From contig NC_087437.1 of assembly GCF_036321535.1 (NCBI RefSeq), positions 121,460,001 through 121,524,000 of the forward strand: a stretch of DNA of 64,000 nucleotides. Direction: 5' to 3'. Within the stretch, counting starts at the first letter, position 1. Every line of letters starts with the position of its first letter. The notes under the pieces are model-generated. The model searched no databases. It saw nothing but the letters and a program-made list of their open reading frames with translations, and was not told the origin of the DNA. This stretch comes from Camelus dromedarius. Its lineage: Eukaryota. Shown piece by piece: positions 36,001-48,500 of this stretch. Position numbers and translations under genes: made by a program.

Positions 36001-39000
36001 TTTCCGTGGAGACTGGCGTCCTCTCCCACGTGCCCGGGAGGCGTGGGCTGGGGGACAGTGCTCAGACACAGATCATGTCACACCTTCCTCTTTTCCTTAA
36101 AAAAATACATAGAAAACTTTTTTCCCGTGTAATTTGTAGAAATTGGTTCATCATTTTTGAGTTCTGCCTTGGATGTTCTCTCTGAAGTTGCCCGTTTTAT
36201 GGAGTTTTTACAGTCTCTGTGCAGTCCCCCGCCCCGTCCCCCCAGGACCTGGGACTGTGGGCCGAGGGCCCCCCCAGTCCTCCCTGTGCAGAGCTGCTGG
36301 GGCAATGCGGGGCGAGGGGCACAGGGCACCCGCCTTCCTCGTGGCCCATCTGCCTGGTGGGAGGTGGGCAGGTGGGCGGCTGGCCTGCAGCCTCTGCAGA
36401 CGCCCTCTCTCACCTCCAGTTTGGGGACGTGGCCCTGTGTTAAAGCAGGGGCTGTGTAGTTTCCTGCTTGAATGGGGACACTGGAGGGTGAGAGGCCTGC
36501 AGTGAGTCATCCCCCAGAGATGGCACGTGAGCTGGATGTCCCCGGCAGATCGGGCCGCGATCTCAGAGGCCGAGGGGGTCACGTGGAGGATGAAGGATGA
36601 ACTATGAGGGGCCCCGATGTCCCCGGGGCCACGGCTCAGACGGGGTCCTCCCGGGCCGTGGGAGGACCGCTGGGGTCGGAGGCAGGGCGCCTAGTACGCA
36701 CGTGTCACCTTCCTCTGTTGGCGTCGCTCGTCTGTGGCAGGGGGTCTGCTTGCTTTGCTGCCTCCCCGGGGCTGTTTCGGGGAATAAAATGCGATAATAA
36801 AATTTTAGAATATTTTGTAAAATATTGATTAGTTACCTTGCCCTCAACTCTCCTCGTCTATTTTTTAGCGGGTACTGAAAGGAACCGGGGCGGGGCTGGG
36901 GGGACAACTGCCCGCCCCGCTCTGCTGGGGCGGGGGTGGGGGCCCACCGGAGAGGCTCTGAGACAGGCAGAGGGTCCTGCTGGAGGCACATCTGAATAGC
37001 TCCTTGCGGCTGACCCGCTCGCGTCCCGGGGACCCCTTCCCTGACAAGTGTCGGTTTAGCTGGGCTACTTTATAAACTTTTCATACATTCGGATTGGAAG
37101 TCGCAGTTGGCTTTTACTTTCGTACGCAGTCTAATGATTAATCATACATACATGTCATACATATGAAGATTAATATTTAGTTAAAAGTACCTTTAAACAC
37201 CTGCTGAAGCACCAGAATTCTTTTGTACATTGAGGAAGACCATGTAATCTGCCAGGGCTGGTGGTGCCGAGCCTTCTTTTAGGGAGCACGAGGGCTGGTG
37301 GGCGTGTCCTGCGTGTCAACTGGCGGGTCCCGAGCCCAATACAAAACAATTACCGAGCGCGTTCTTGTCAGGCAGTGGCTTGGGCCTGGGAGTGCTTGGA
37401 GGTTTTCTTGGTTCCCACGCTTGAAAGGCATCCAGCCTTGAGAGGGCGCCCAGCTAGAACACGAGCAGGCACGCCCGGTGGTACACGGCCACCCCTTGCA
37501 TGGCGGTCCCCACGGCAGACGTGGGGACCCACGTGATGCTCTCTTCCTCTAGACCCCAGGCGACCCCAGGCTGCGTCTCAGGGCGGGCTCCGGGATGAGG
37601 CCTTCTGCCTTCATGGGGGTGCAGGGGTCTGGGAGGTGGGAGGGCTTTGCAATTGCAGGGCCTTCACGGAGGAGGTGGGACTTAAGCCAAACACTCTTTT
37701 AAAGTTGGTACCGAATCACACGTTACAAATCTTCAACATCACTTAATTTTTCTTGATTAAAAGTGTATCTGGTTCTCGCCGGCCCAGTAGCCTGCTTATT
37801 GACATGGTGGCTGCCCCCCTCCCTGTCTGCAGCCAGCGTTCCGGGAGCACTTCTCCACGCCGGATTGTTTGCCTGTGGGTTCTTTGCCTGGGTTGTTTTA
37901 TCCCGTCCTTGCTGCAGCCCTGACCCAGGCGTCTAGGAGGAAAGCTAGGGGCCCGAGGCCAGGGAGCCGGATGCTCAAGCAGGCACGCCTCCACCTCCAT
38001 CCTGAGTCCGAGCAGGCGGGTCCTCCTGGCCTGGACGGAGGCTCCGGGCTGGCTCGCTGGGGAGGGTCCGCGAGCTTGCCCTCAGAGTGGCCACAGCAGC
38101 AGAGCAGGATGGCCTCTGGGGAGTTCACTTCTTCGGCTGTGAGGGCCCAGGCAGGAGCGAGGCGACCTGCCAACAAGCAGCGCTCTGAGCTGAGTTCTGT
38201 GCCTGCGTCCCAGACATGCAGAGCGGCGTGGTTTGGTTATTTGGTCTCATCTGTTGGTGGTCAGGGAAGCGGTCCGCTCGAGTCCTCTGGCCGGCTGTTG
38301 GCCCGGCGTGAGTGACGGGGGGCCGTGAGCAGGTGACGGCTGTGCCGCACTGGTGTCCTCGCTGGAGGTCATGGAGGTCACAGTGGGCGGCTGGCGCTCT
38401 CTGCGCGCCGCCCCAGCCCCGTTGGCATTCGGGTGCTGACTTCCTGTGCGTGGACACCAGCCCCCGTCCTGGGTCCTTGGGTTTTGAACTTCACGTGTTC
38501 ACTCTGAGGTGTAATAGCTGAGACATCTTTTTTAATTTGTGTCAGTTAGCCCGAGGTTTTCTGCAGAAGTCGTGGCCTTGTCTGCTTTGCTCCGTGAAGC
38601 AGGCGCGGCATGTTTGCGCCAGAAGTCCCGCATGTGTCCTGCTGCCTAACACTCAGCGTCGCGGGACTGAGCCTGGGGGCCGCGACCTCGTCCGGGGCAG
38701 CCTGTGCCTCACCTGGAGTCCAGGGCGCGGACGCCCGTCAGCTTGAGCACTCGGGGCGTGACTTGTCCTTTAAGGGAATTTGTTGTTTCCTGCGAGGCTG
38801 AAAGCTGCAGAGATGGGCGTCTGTTACCGGGATGACTTCGCCTTTGTCGCCTCCCTGCGTGAGGACGGCGTGCCGTGCTTTCACCCTCCGCAAGGGGCGG
38901 GCGCCGGGCGCCGGGAGGGCGGCCAGGGATGTCCGCCCACGTCCCTCGGTGTCCCCAGGACAGAGTTCGCGGGTTGAGCACGGGAACAGCTGCCTGTTTG

Positions 39001-42000
39001 AGCCCGTTCTGTCTCACAAACAGGATCGGTCTGGGAGCTGGCTTCGTCCAGGGAGCGGGGCGGGCCGGACCTTTGCCTCCACTGCCGTCTGTGAAGAACA
39101 TTTCTTGCATTTCTGAGTGTCTTTCAAATAAGATTTTATGTTTTCTTCAAAACCACAGTGTGCTCATCGTGGGCCGTGTGTGCTTTGCAGAGACGCAGCG
39201 CCGGGAGAAAGGAGGCCGGCGGCCCCGTGGCCGGGTGGCGGCTGTTGGAGACGCTCTGTATGTTTCCTCTGAGTCTTCTCACACGTGTATGTGTTTTATT
39301 TTTTCCCTTAACGTAGCTGATAGGCTGCTGTTTGTGTGTGTCTGCAGGCCTCTGAGGTCTTTGGAACAAGATGTGGTACAAATTAACAACAGCAACTGGG
39401 GAAGTGGTTTACATTTTGGTTTTCACCGTGTAATGACATTTAGCAAAGACTTCAGTGACGCTGTTTTCTGTCCACACTCTGATGACGCCATGACGGCAGG
39501 CAGCACGGCTGCGCTTCTTGGATTTCTCCCTCCAGGACGGAGGACGCAGGAGAAGGAGGTGGCTCCCGTGCGGCCCTGGTCCCAGCCGCAGTCTCCAGGG
39601 GGCGGGAGGCCCGCCGCCCTTTTGCCTTCCCAGGGAGGCTGTCCCCGGACGCCGGGCGCCCGTTCCAGGCGGGCGACACTGCTGTGTGCGGTGCGCGCAG
39701 GAGAGCCCCGGAGGGGCTGCTGCCCTGCGGGCGTCTGTCCTGCGCGCGGGCCGCCGGGACAGGCGCGGGATTTCTGGCGTGCGTGTGTCACACACGAGCT
39801 CCTGTCATGCGCCTTTTCCACTGCACTGCGGACTGTTGGTGCAGGCACCTCCCTCCTCACGGGACTGGCACATTTTATCTTTTCTCCGTCACAGTTAAAA
39901 GCAGTTTTAAACCCTTGGTTTTCTGTAAATCATGTAACGTTCTCACCCACTTCACTTGTCATGAGGAGAGCGTGCTGTTCTGTCCTGCGGACACACTGCG
40001 GGGGTGTAGTAAGTCCCCACTGACAAGGGTGCCTCTCGAAAGGGCATTAAAAACTTGGCGTGATATCAGCACGTGGTATAAAGCATATTCGGGCCCCTCG
40101 ATGCGCGAGAATGAAGTTCCAGGTCCCTTCTCTCTCCCCGCTCTCCCCGGAGGCGAGCGCCTAACAGTCTGCGTCTCTCCGTCTAGTGTCGCACCCTCCT
40201 TGGCGGTCCCGTGGTCACGTGGGGGAGTCAGCACGTAGCATCTCTCCTGCCCTTGGCTTTTACGAGTCACGGTTTTAGATTCATATGGACAAGGTTGAAA
40301 ACACCTGTGGTCTGTTTCTCATCTGTCATTAGGCTTTTTCATGCTCCTCTCTGAAGCTTTAGTCTGAAAGTGTTAACGTGAGGAAAGCGACGTTACGAGA
40401 ACAGGAGCGCATCTCACTGCGGGACCACGCAGTGCCGCTGGAGAAGGCAGAGCTGCGACTGCACCCGGAAGCTCATGCCAGGAAAGGGAGCGTTCAGACG
40501 GAGCCTCCCGAGTTGCCTCCTGGTGTCTGTGCTGCTTCAGCCGCCTGGTTGCTCACCCCCCGCGATGTTCGTTTCTTAAATTCCGCTTTTGTGTTGCGGG
40601 AGCACCTCCTAATCCACTTCCTTACGGAGCACGAGGCTGGGAGGCTTCCAGGGCTCCCGCTGCCGTGTTCAAACGTGCTGTCGTCCTGTTGCCCTGCTTG
40701 ACTGGCGATTGGCTGCGTCTCGAATTCCAGGTTCGTGCAATTTCCCCTAGTATCTAGGTTCACACAACTCGGAAAGTATTTCTGCCCTTTTCCAGAGTCT
40801 AGTGCTGCTGACGGGGAGTCGGATGTCAGCCCTCCCTTGTTCTTTGCAAGTGACTCCCCTCCCCCTCCTCCCACCGTGGCCTCCAGCGCTGCCGGCCTGC
40901 TCTGGGTCCTCTCGCCCTGGGGCGTGGCTCCAGCCCACATGGCCCTGTTGGAAAAGCTCAGACTGTCTTCCGGAGTGGCTCTCAAGTCACAGTCCCCCCG
41001 GCCCCGTCGTCTGTGCCGGGTCCTCTGCTCCCTCGGTCTGCCCCCTCGCCCCCTGCCCTGACTCCCGGCCTCCCCGTGCTGCCGAGCCCGGGTGACTCTC
41101 TGGTGCTGTTGCAACTCATCCTCTGCCAGAAGGTTCTTCTTCTGACCCGGAACGGGGCCTCGGGGAGGGAGCAGAGCAGGCGGGCGCTTTACCACCACGC
41201 TCGCTTAAGAGCCTTTTCAGGTCACTGTTGGGGTCAGGATTCTGTACCTTGAGCGTTTTTAACGGTGGTTCTTTCTTTCCACTGGAAAAGTTGCTCGACG
41301 TTATCAAAGAGTTGGCAAGAAATTAGTGAACCAGCTCCAGTCAGTCTGTCGGCAGCATAAATAAATCCTTTGTCATGTAAGAGCGCCCCCGAGCTTACAG
41401 ATAGCTGGGTATTTTGTTACACTTACGTTGACAGCCTGCTGCGAGTTAGTTAAATTCCACGTGCTGTGAGTCAGTGCATCGCTAGTTCATGAGCTGTCTC
41501 TACCTCATCAAAATTCAGGGTGGTTCTAGTGTCTGTTTTGCAGTGAAGTTGGAGATGACTTATGCTACTGGTAAGTTTAGTTATTGAAAAGTTATGTTTC
41601 AAAAAACTGACAAAATTTTCATCCCTGTGTACACAAACAGGCCATATTAAACTAATGAGAAATGATAAAACAAAGCTGACATAGAATGATTAAAAGCAGG
41701 AACCGAAATCCACGACACTTGAAAGCCGTCGTTGGTAGTGAGCCCTTCCTTCCTGAGCCGCGGGCACGTGCGCCATGCGGCTGTGCGCGGGAGCCCTGCT
41801 GCTGGGTGGGTGGGGGGGGGGATTGGCCTCTGCAGGCTCGGTCACGCCCACAAACTTTAGTGTGCCGTCAGAACTCGCTTTCTCAGTTGCCACTGACTAA
41901 AAGTTGTATTGGAAAAAGAAAAACGCTGCCGTTTGTTGGTTCATTGCCACGAGGGCCTCAGTGTGGGGTCGGCCCCTCGCTCAAACCTGTGTGCTCTTTT

Positions 42001-44220
42001 GAGCATCTGAGAACAGCTCTGTCCACTGTGCTAGAAAGATGCGCCTGGACACACAGACACACCCTTTGCTGTGCCCTTCACCGTTTGCATGGGCCTGGGG
42101 CCCGCAGGGAGCCCTGCTCTGGCACGAGTGTGGGCGGCCGTTTCCTGGCGTGGCGCCCGGGCAGGGGTCCTCCCGGCGTTGGGGCGGAGAGCGGGGCCTG
42201 CACAGCCGGGCACCCACCTCCTGCCCTTTCCTGTGCCTCCTCCCACGACCTCCCAGTGGGCGTACGGGTCCCCTGAGACACCGTCCCTGTGGCTCGGGTG
42301 CGACATCTGAGCCCTGTCGCCCCCCCGGGGAGGGAGGTGGAGGGACCCTGGGGCACTTGGGCTCTACTTTCCTGAGCGGCCAAAGCATCGCTTTTCCTTC
42401 TGTCAGCTTCTCTCCTTCTTGCCCTCGGTTTTCAGTTATTTTCCACCAGTAAGTGTGGTTTTTAGAAAAGTGCACATTAGGAAAGTGCCGATTCGAATGG
42501 CCGAGGAGGCTGACTTGAGCCCTGGTGGGCAGTGTCCCCGTGGGGGTGGCCCTGGGTCCCCCGCAGAGCTCCGCCCGCCGCGCCTGCCGACCCGGGCCGA
42601 GGGGCGCTGCCCTCTCCGCATGCTGGGTTTGCACTTGCCCGCGTTTCGGCCGTGACGTTTTTGTCTCTGTGTGCGGGAGAGGTTGGCCCTGGGTTTTGAC
42701 CCCTGTGATGTCCTTGACAGGCTTACTTCCAGGGTCACCAGGGTCACCAGGGTCCTACGCAGCAGGGAGGGCTCCCTGCTGCTCCTGCCTGACCAGCCTG
42801 TGGGACCCGCGTCTGTCCCCACGGTCAGCCATCCTCAGGCCGCCCGCTTGTGTCTCCACTGTTCGCTGGTCCTCTGCTCTCTCCCAGGTCCCCTTCCTTC
42901 CTCTGAGGGGGATCCCAGCAAGGGTCTGCTGGTGGCAAGCCACGTGAGGCGTCATTTGGAACGTCTGCCTTCTCTGCCTGTGGAAGGGCCTCCGCCCGCC
43001 GAGGTCTGGGTCCCCTGCCCCTCCTCACCCCCGCGGGGGTGGGGGTCTCCCCGCGGCCTCCGGCCCGGGCTGCCTGTGCTCTGGGCGTCTGAGTTTACAG
43101 CGGCTCTTGTGTCTTCACCTGGGGGTGGGGGGCCGGCCTCCCCGCCCCCCGCCGAGCTGGCCAGGCTCCCCTCCAGGACCCCCTTCCCTCTCTCTGCTCC
43201 CCTGACCGCGGGAGCGGAAGAGCACTCTTACCTGAGAGAGCTTGGAGACAGAGTCGAGAAGCTTCTGTCAGAATGCTGGAAGGTTCTTCCTGTCTAGACC
43301 GCTGACCTCCCTGCAGCGGGGATTCTGCTGGAGCGTTTGGTAAATAGCCTTACTGGACGCTTTGTAGATCACGATGTTAACCAAGGAATACAGAGCTCAC
43401 ATTTGCTTAGATTTGGGTGAAGAGCTGCTGGAAGTGTGTCAGTTTGACACGCGTGTGGTCAAAGCAGCTGGCGACGCCACAGGTTTCTGGGACGTGGGGA
43501 TGTGGCGGTAGAGGCCGGCGGCCGCGTCCGTCCAGGACACGGGTCCTCAGGGAAGTTCGCGCATCAGCGCTGTTCTCAGCCGTTCAGCCCGTCAGCCCCA
43601 GGGCCGCGCGGGGGCCCCCGGCCCCACCCCCGCTCCCTTACAGACGCCCCGGCTCGTCCTCTCACCGCTGCCCTTCTTCCTCTCACTCCCCGTCCTCGTT
43701 GCCTTTTGCGTGTGGAAGATGCCGGGTTTTGCCTGGCTGTCCTGTTGGGGGGCAGGGGCCGGCGCCCTTGCAGCACGTCTGTGCGGCAGGCGCGCGGGCG
43801 GCCGTGGCCGGGGCCCTCACGTCTGCGGGGTTGGGTCCTGTTCGTGGGCAGCGGTGATGGGAGAACCAGGCCTCACTTAGCCGGCTGCACGGCCTCGTGC
43901 TCCCCTTGGCAGAGGCACCGCTTCTGCTCCCCTGCTGGCCTCCTGGGTGGTCGGACGTATCTGGCCGGAGGGCACACAGGTGTCCCCAGGGGAACAGCAG
44001 CCAAGATCAGGGAGCGCCCCCACGCGCTCTTATCCGCCCCTCTCCACCTGCCGTCCTGAGGCTGGGGCTGTCTCCCTGTGCCCGGGGCTGACACGCTGTT
44101 TCTGGGATGGGGTAATGCGGACCCTGCCTTCAGTGCCGCGGACCCTTCCAGACCTAAGCGCCAGGCGGGCAGGAGCGGAGCCCTGCTCCTCAGTGCTGGC
44201 GGTGACAGCGCCCTGTTTGC

Positions 44221-44322
44221 TCTGTGCCCTCTCTGTCTCTGCTCCTCTTGTCTCTGTCCCCCGTCTCTCTGTCTCTGTCTCTGTCCCCCCTCTGTCTCTC
44301 TGTCTCTTTCTCTGTCCCCCCT
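44221..44322. repeat. (TCTCTG)n-like pyrimidine-rich low-complexity tract
   Basis: Read directly from the sequence. Confidence 0.85.
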
Positions 44323-44679
44323 GCCTGTTTCACAAGTTGCTGCAATGTTTGAAACAAAACTTTAATTTCCCATGAAGCATTGGACTGTTGAAAGTTTGAA
44401 GAAATAACATTTCCTTCAGGTCATAAAAATATTTCTAGTAATATTCACTAATTGACTTCAAAAAATAAGGAGAGGGGTTTTAAAATATGAGATGAAGGAG
44501 TGGTTTTAAAAGCAGCTTTCTGAGGTGCGGTAGGCACGTGCCCGGCGCCCGCCCGTGGTGGGGGGCACCGCCGGGAAGGGGCCCCCGCCCGCCGTCCTCA
44601 CGCTCCTGACAGGCGTGTTCATGTCGAATGTCAGGTGGAGCTTCTGGAGGAGCCATCCAGGCGTGGGGCGCTCTTTGTG

Positions 44680-45560
44680 CCTTGGTTTTGTCTCCTGATT
44701 CCGGTTCTTCAGTGTTTGAAGCGCAGCCGGAGTCTCTGTTTCTTCCCGCGTCGGCTTGACGAGCTGTATTTTTCTTGGAATTTGCTCATTTTTCCTAAGT
44801 TTACAACGTTTTTGGAATAAAATTCCTAGTACCCTCTTACTACATTTTCGGTGCTGTCGGAGTTAGAAGTGGTGACTCTCTCTGTTGGAGCGTTGTTCAG
44901 GCCCACGGCTGGGCTCTGCGGTTCTGTCCCCGTCCGCCTGAGGAGGCTTCTTGCGTGGCACGGCAGGCACCCGCCCGGGCCAGCCCAGCATCCTCTCTGC
45001 AGAGCCGCTCGGCCTCCCGCACAGCGGGGTCAGGGTCCCGGGGTGGCTGACTGTGTCGGCCGCCCCCCGGGACAGCCTCCCGGGCCGACAGCCTCCGCAG
45101 GTGCAGGCCCTCCAGGGACCCATCGCGGGTTCCCAGAGCCCGCCGGGTCTCCCAGGGGTGCCGGGGGCCCGCCGCACCCGATGGCGGGTCACGTCACGGC
45201 GACAGCCCAGTCCTCCGCTGACCTTTTCCAGTCCCACGGCTAACTTGGGCCTTCTCCGTGTGTTGGGGGTTGGTCCGCCGTGCTGTGCTTGCTTGCTTGC
45301 GCCCTCGTGTGCCTGCTGTTGTGTGTGAGTAATGCAAGGGTAGCTTCTTGTTTTCTTTCTTCCGTTTCCTTTGGGCTTCTCCTCCCCTTTCGCCGACTTA
45401 CTGCAGGGGCTCGTGGACGTTCTTCTGGTGCGAGCATCAAGGCTGCGCATTTCCCTCTGCGGTGCTGCTTTATCTGCAGGCCACACATTTCAGCACGCAG
45501 TCTTTCAGTTTTTAAGGTTTAAATGTTTTTCTCACAGCCCTGCTGACATGTGTCCCAGGG
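44680..45560 (-). mobile_element. Ancient L1 ORF2 remnant, interrupted by a GC-rich stretch
   Basis: GTATTTTTCTTGGAATTTGCTCATTTTTCCTAAGTTT and AAGGCTGCGCATTTCCCTCTGCGGTGCTGCTTTATCTGCAGGCCACACATTT are antisense L1 motifs. Confidence 0.55.
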
Positions 45561-48500
45561 GTGTCTGAGCAAGTCTTAGCCTTGGGGTACAAGAGGGCTC
45601 AGCGCCGGGGCTCTCACCCCGAGGACCTGCCACTGTGACGGGGACAGCAGGGAGGTCCCCGGGGACCCGGGGTCTGCGCTCCAGCCTCAGCGTTCTGGGC
45701 GCCCCGGACCCACTGCTTCCTCCTGCAGACGAGCCAGCGCTCTGCCCCGAGAAACCCAATGCAGACTTTGTGTATCGGTTCATAAAGAAAACACAGCATT
45801 TTGTTTCTAGGTTTTGTAGGCGTATTAGTGTGTTGAGGTCGTCCTGCCAGCGGGAGGAAATGACATGAGCGCGTTGTCTCCGTCCCGGCCTCCGGACCCC
45901 CAGGGGCCTCCGCCCTCCGCCCGGTTGGGAAGGGGCAGGGAAGGGGCCGAGGCTGCGCCCTGGATCTGTCCCCACTTGTACACATGCGTGTGCGCAGGCC
46001 TGTGCGTGTGCCCTTTTGTTTCTCGGAAGATCGGTACGTTCAGGGTTTTGCCAGAGGTCTCGTCCCCCCGTGAGCGGGCCGGCGCTGGTTTGCGCTCAGG
46101 AGTTGGCGAGCAAAGACCTGGTCGTGGTGACACGCCTGCGCTTGCTGTCGCGGTGTGTGAAGGCGTGACTGATTATCGAGGGTCTGCCTTAAAAATCAGG
46201 AGGCTAGGCTAAAGGATCGGAACTCACTTAGGAGAGGACTTTTAATTAAGATTATTTATTGTCGGAACTAACTTCTGGAATGGTGAAAGGGCTTTGCTCT
46301 TGAGTTGAATTAACGTGAAGTCATTGAGTCTCCCTGTTACAGAGCGAGCCCCTCGCGGGGCGTGGAGGCCGAGCCGGGGCTGGAGGGCCCCGCTGACATC
46401 ACTGCGGCCCCCGGCGCACGCGAGGCCCGCTTCCAGGTGAGCGTGGAACCCGTGAAGGCGCGCTGGCGCTGGGCTGATGGACACCCTTCCGTCTGGTGTA
46501 AGCCGCTAGGTGAGCCTCTCGCTGGCCGAGCGACTGCTGGCGGAGGCGCTTTGTTACCGTGAGCCGCTCGGCTCGTGGTCTCCGTGGCCTGGGCCCCGCC
46601 CGTCCCTGCGGTCCCTCCCACCCTCGGCTGCTGCCCGGGGTCGGGGGGGGGGGGGCGCTGCTCGGGGCGGCACCGCAGGCCGGGCGCTGTGCTCCACTCG
46701 CTGTGAAGCCTCTACCGTTAGTTACTTCCTGGGATGGTTCAAAGGAAGTTTCTTGAGTCTCTTCCTTGGTGACCGTTTCCTGACTGAGCGTCTGCTTTTG
46801 GGAGAAGTCGAGACGAACGTCCCAGTCCCGGTGGTTGGTGTGATGCAGGGCCAGTGTGCGGCCCGAGAGTGACTAACTCAGAGACCCGAGCTCTGAGCGC
46901 CTGGGGAGGTTGCCTCGTGGGGAAGCGTGTGAGGAAGTGGCCGCCGGGGCTGCTGCGTGCGGAGGGCGCGGGGGTGTCCCTGTCCGCTCCCCGCGTGGGG
47001 CTGACGCGAGCCTGGCCTCCCCGGCCCCTCGGGTGCCGCGCCACCGTGCGTCCTCGGCTTTGAGCTGTGCCCGGAAAGCCCCCTCCTGTCAGTCATTTCT
47101 GTGTCTGTAAACATCAGGGATGTCAGGCACCTACCTGGTCCCCGGGAGACCTTTAGAAGAGGTTTTGCTTGATCTTCATCTTTCTTTTCGTTTTTGCACG
47201 CAGGCAGCAGGTGTGCGGGAAGGGCTGGGGATCGTCCAATGTTACAACGTCCAGAATCAGGTCTCCTGCTGCTCGCTGATAGGTGTTAGCTGCAGAATAG
47301 AAATTTTGTGTTGATTTCATGAAATGAGAGCGATTTTGGCATCCAGAGTCTGATGCATCAGTCTTTTTCTCAGGGTGATTTGAAAAAAGGAAACTTGAAA
47401 GTTTAGGGCTAAAAAAGCCTTTCCTGGTGGAAGCATTCATGGCAGTCGTTTGCCCCCCGGCCCGCAGGCCGCAGGCGCGCTGCAGGGCGGCCCTGTCCTC
47501 CCGCATGGCTGCGGCCTTTGCCTCGCTCACCGCTTGCAGAGGTGGAAGCTGTTTGCTGAGTCTTCCACGGGAGCGTGTCTTCTGAGACCGGGCATCTCGG
47601 GCTGTGCAGTGGGGTTCCTGCAGCGCCTCCTCAGCTGCTCAGATTTTGAGAGGGACCCAGGGGAGCTCCGCCTGCTGCTCAGGCTCTGAGGCTTTTCCTT
47701 AGCGACTCTCGTTGTTGCCCCCTCCCCACCTTCTCTTTATACAAATGTTTATTAATCCCCTTTTATTCTGAAGCAAAATCGTGGCAGAGACCACCTCATG
47801 TAACTGTAACCGTATTGGTAGGCGATAAAGAGAACGTAAGACTGCGGAGGAAGCAGTTCCCTTGTTGGCACGTGGACACTCGGGTCGGTACTCTCAGTGG
47901 GCCCTGTGGTGCAGTGGACACGGGGCGCTGAGCGGGTGGCACGAACCACGTGTGTAGACTGGGTGGGACGTGTTCTGCTCCTGGGTTCGCCCCCAGAGAC
48001 GCAGGGCCCAGCCCTCTCCCTCAACATGGTCGTCGCATTTCTGAGCGGTGGGTGTGGGGAAGGTTGTGATCGTACATGAAACGGGGTCTGGGCTTCTGTG
48101 AGTGACCGTGAACCTCTCTGTCGGAGTCCTTCAGCAAGACAGATCTTTGTGGGACGGTCCTGCCTGTCCCATGCCCTGCCTTCTCCCCACACGGTGCCGG
48201 AGAGCCCTAGCCCTGCAGTGACCAGACCATTTACTTCCCTGTGTGGCCACCCCGGCTGCCCCCTGCGGCCACTGCCTGGGCTGGTCCGGGATGGGCTCCC
48301 TGGAAGCCTGAGGGCTTGGCTGACGGACCCAGTGGCAGGGCGGGGCTGTCGGGGATGGGGTGGTGCGAGGTCCACACGGGGGCCTGCTGGGTGTCCCACG
48401 CTGTCCTCCAGCTGAAGGCACCACTCGGGGCCCCGCGGGTGGAGGGCTCCCGGGTGCGCGGACGGCTGCGAGGGGGGGCGTCGCTGCAGGGGCACCAGTG

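Noticed and set aside
38875..40023. 382-aa ORF, and similar ORFs at 49495-50424, 60123-61004, 21977-22804 and 25190-25975
   Set aside because: No recognisable protein family, mostly non-ATG starts, and composition typical of GC-rich intronic noise.
11708..41473. Several AP-1 sites (11708, 16637, 32129, 36503, 41467)
   Set aside because: About eight TGA(G/C)TCA matches are expected by chance in 64 kb under a uniform model, so there is no enrichment.
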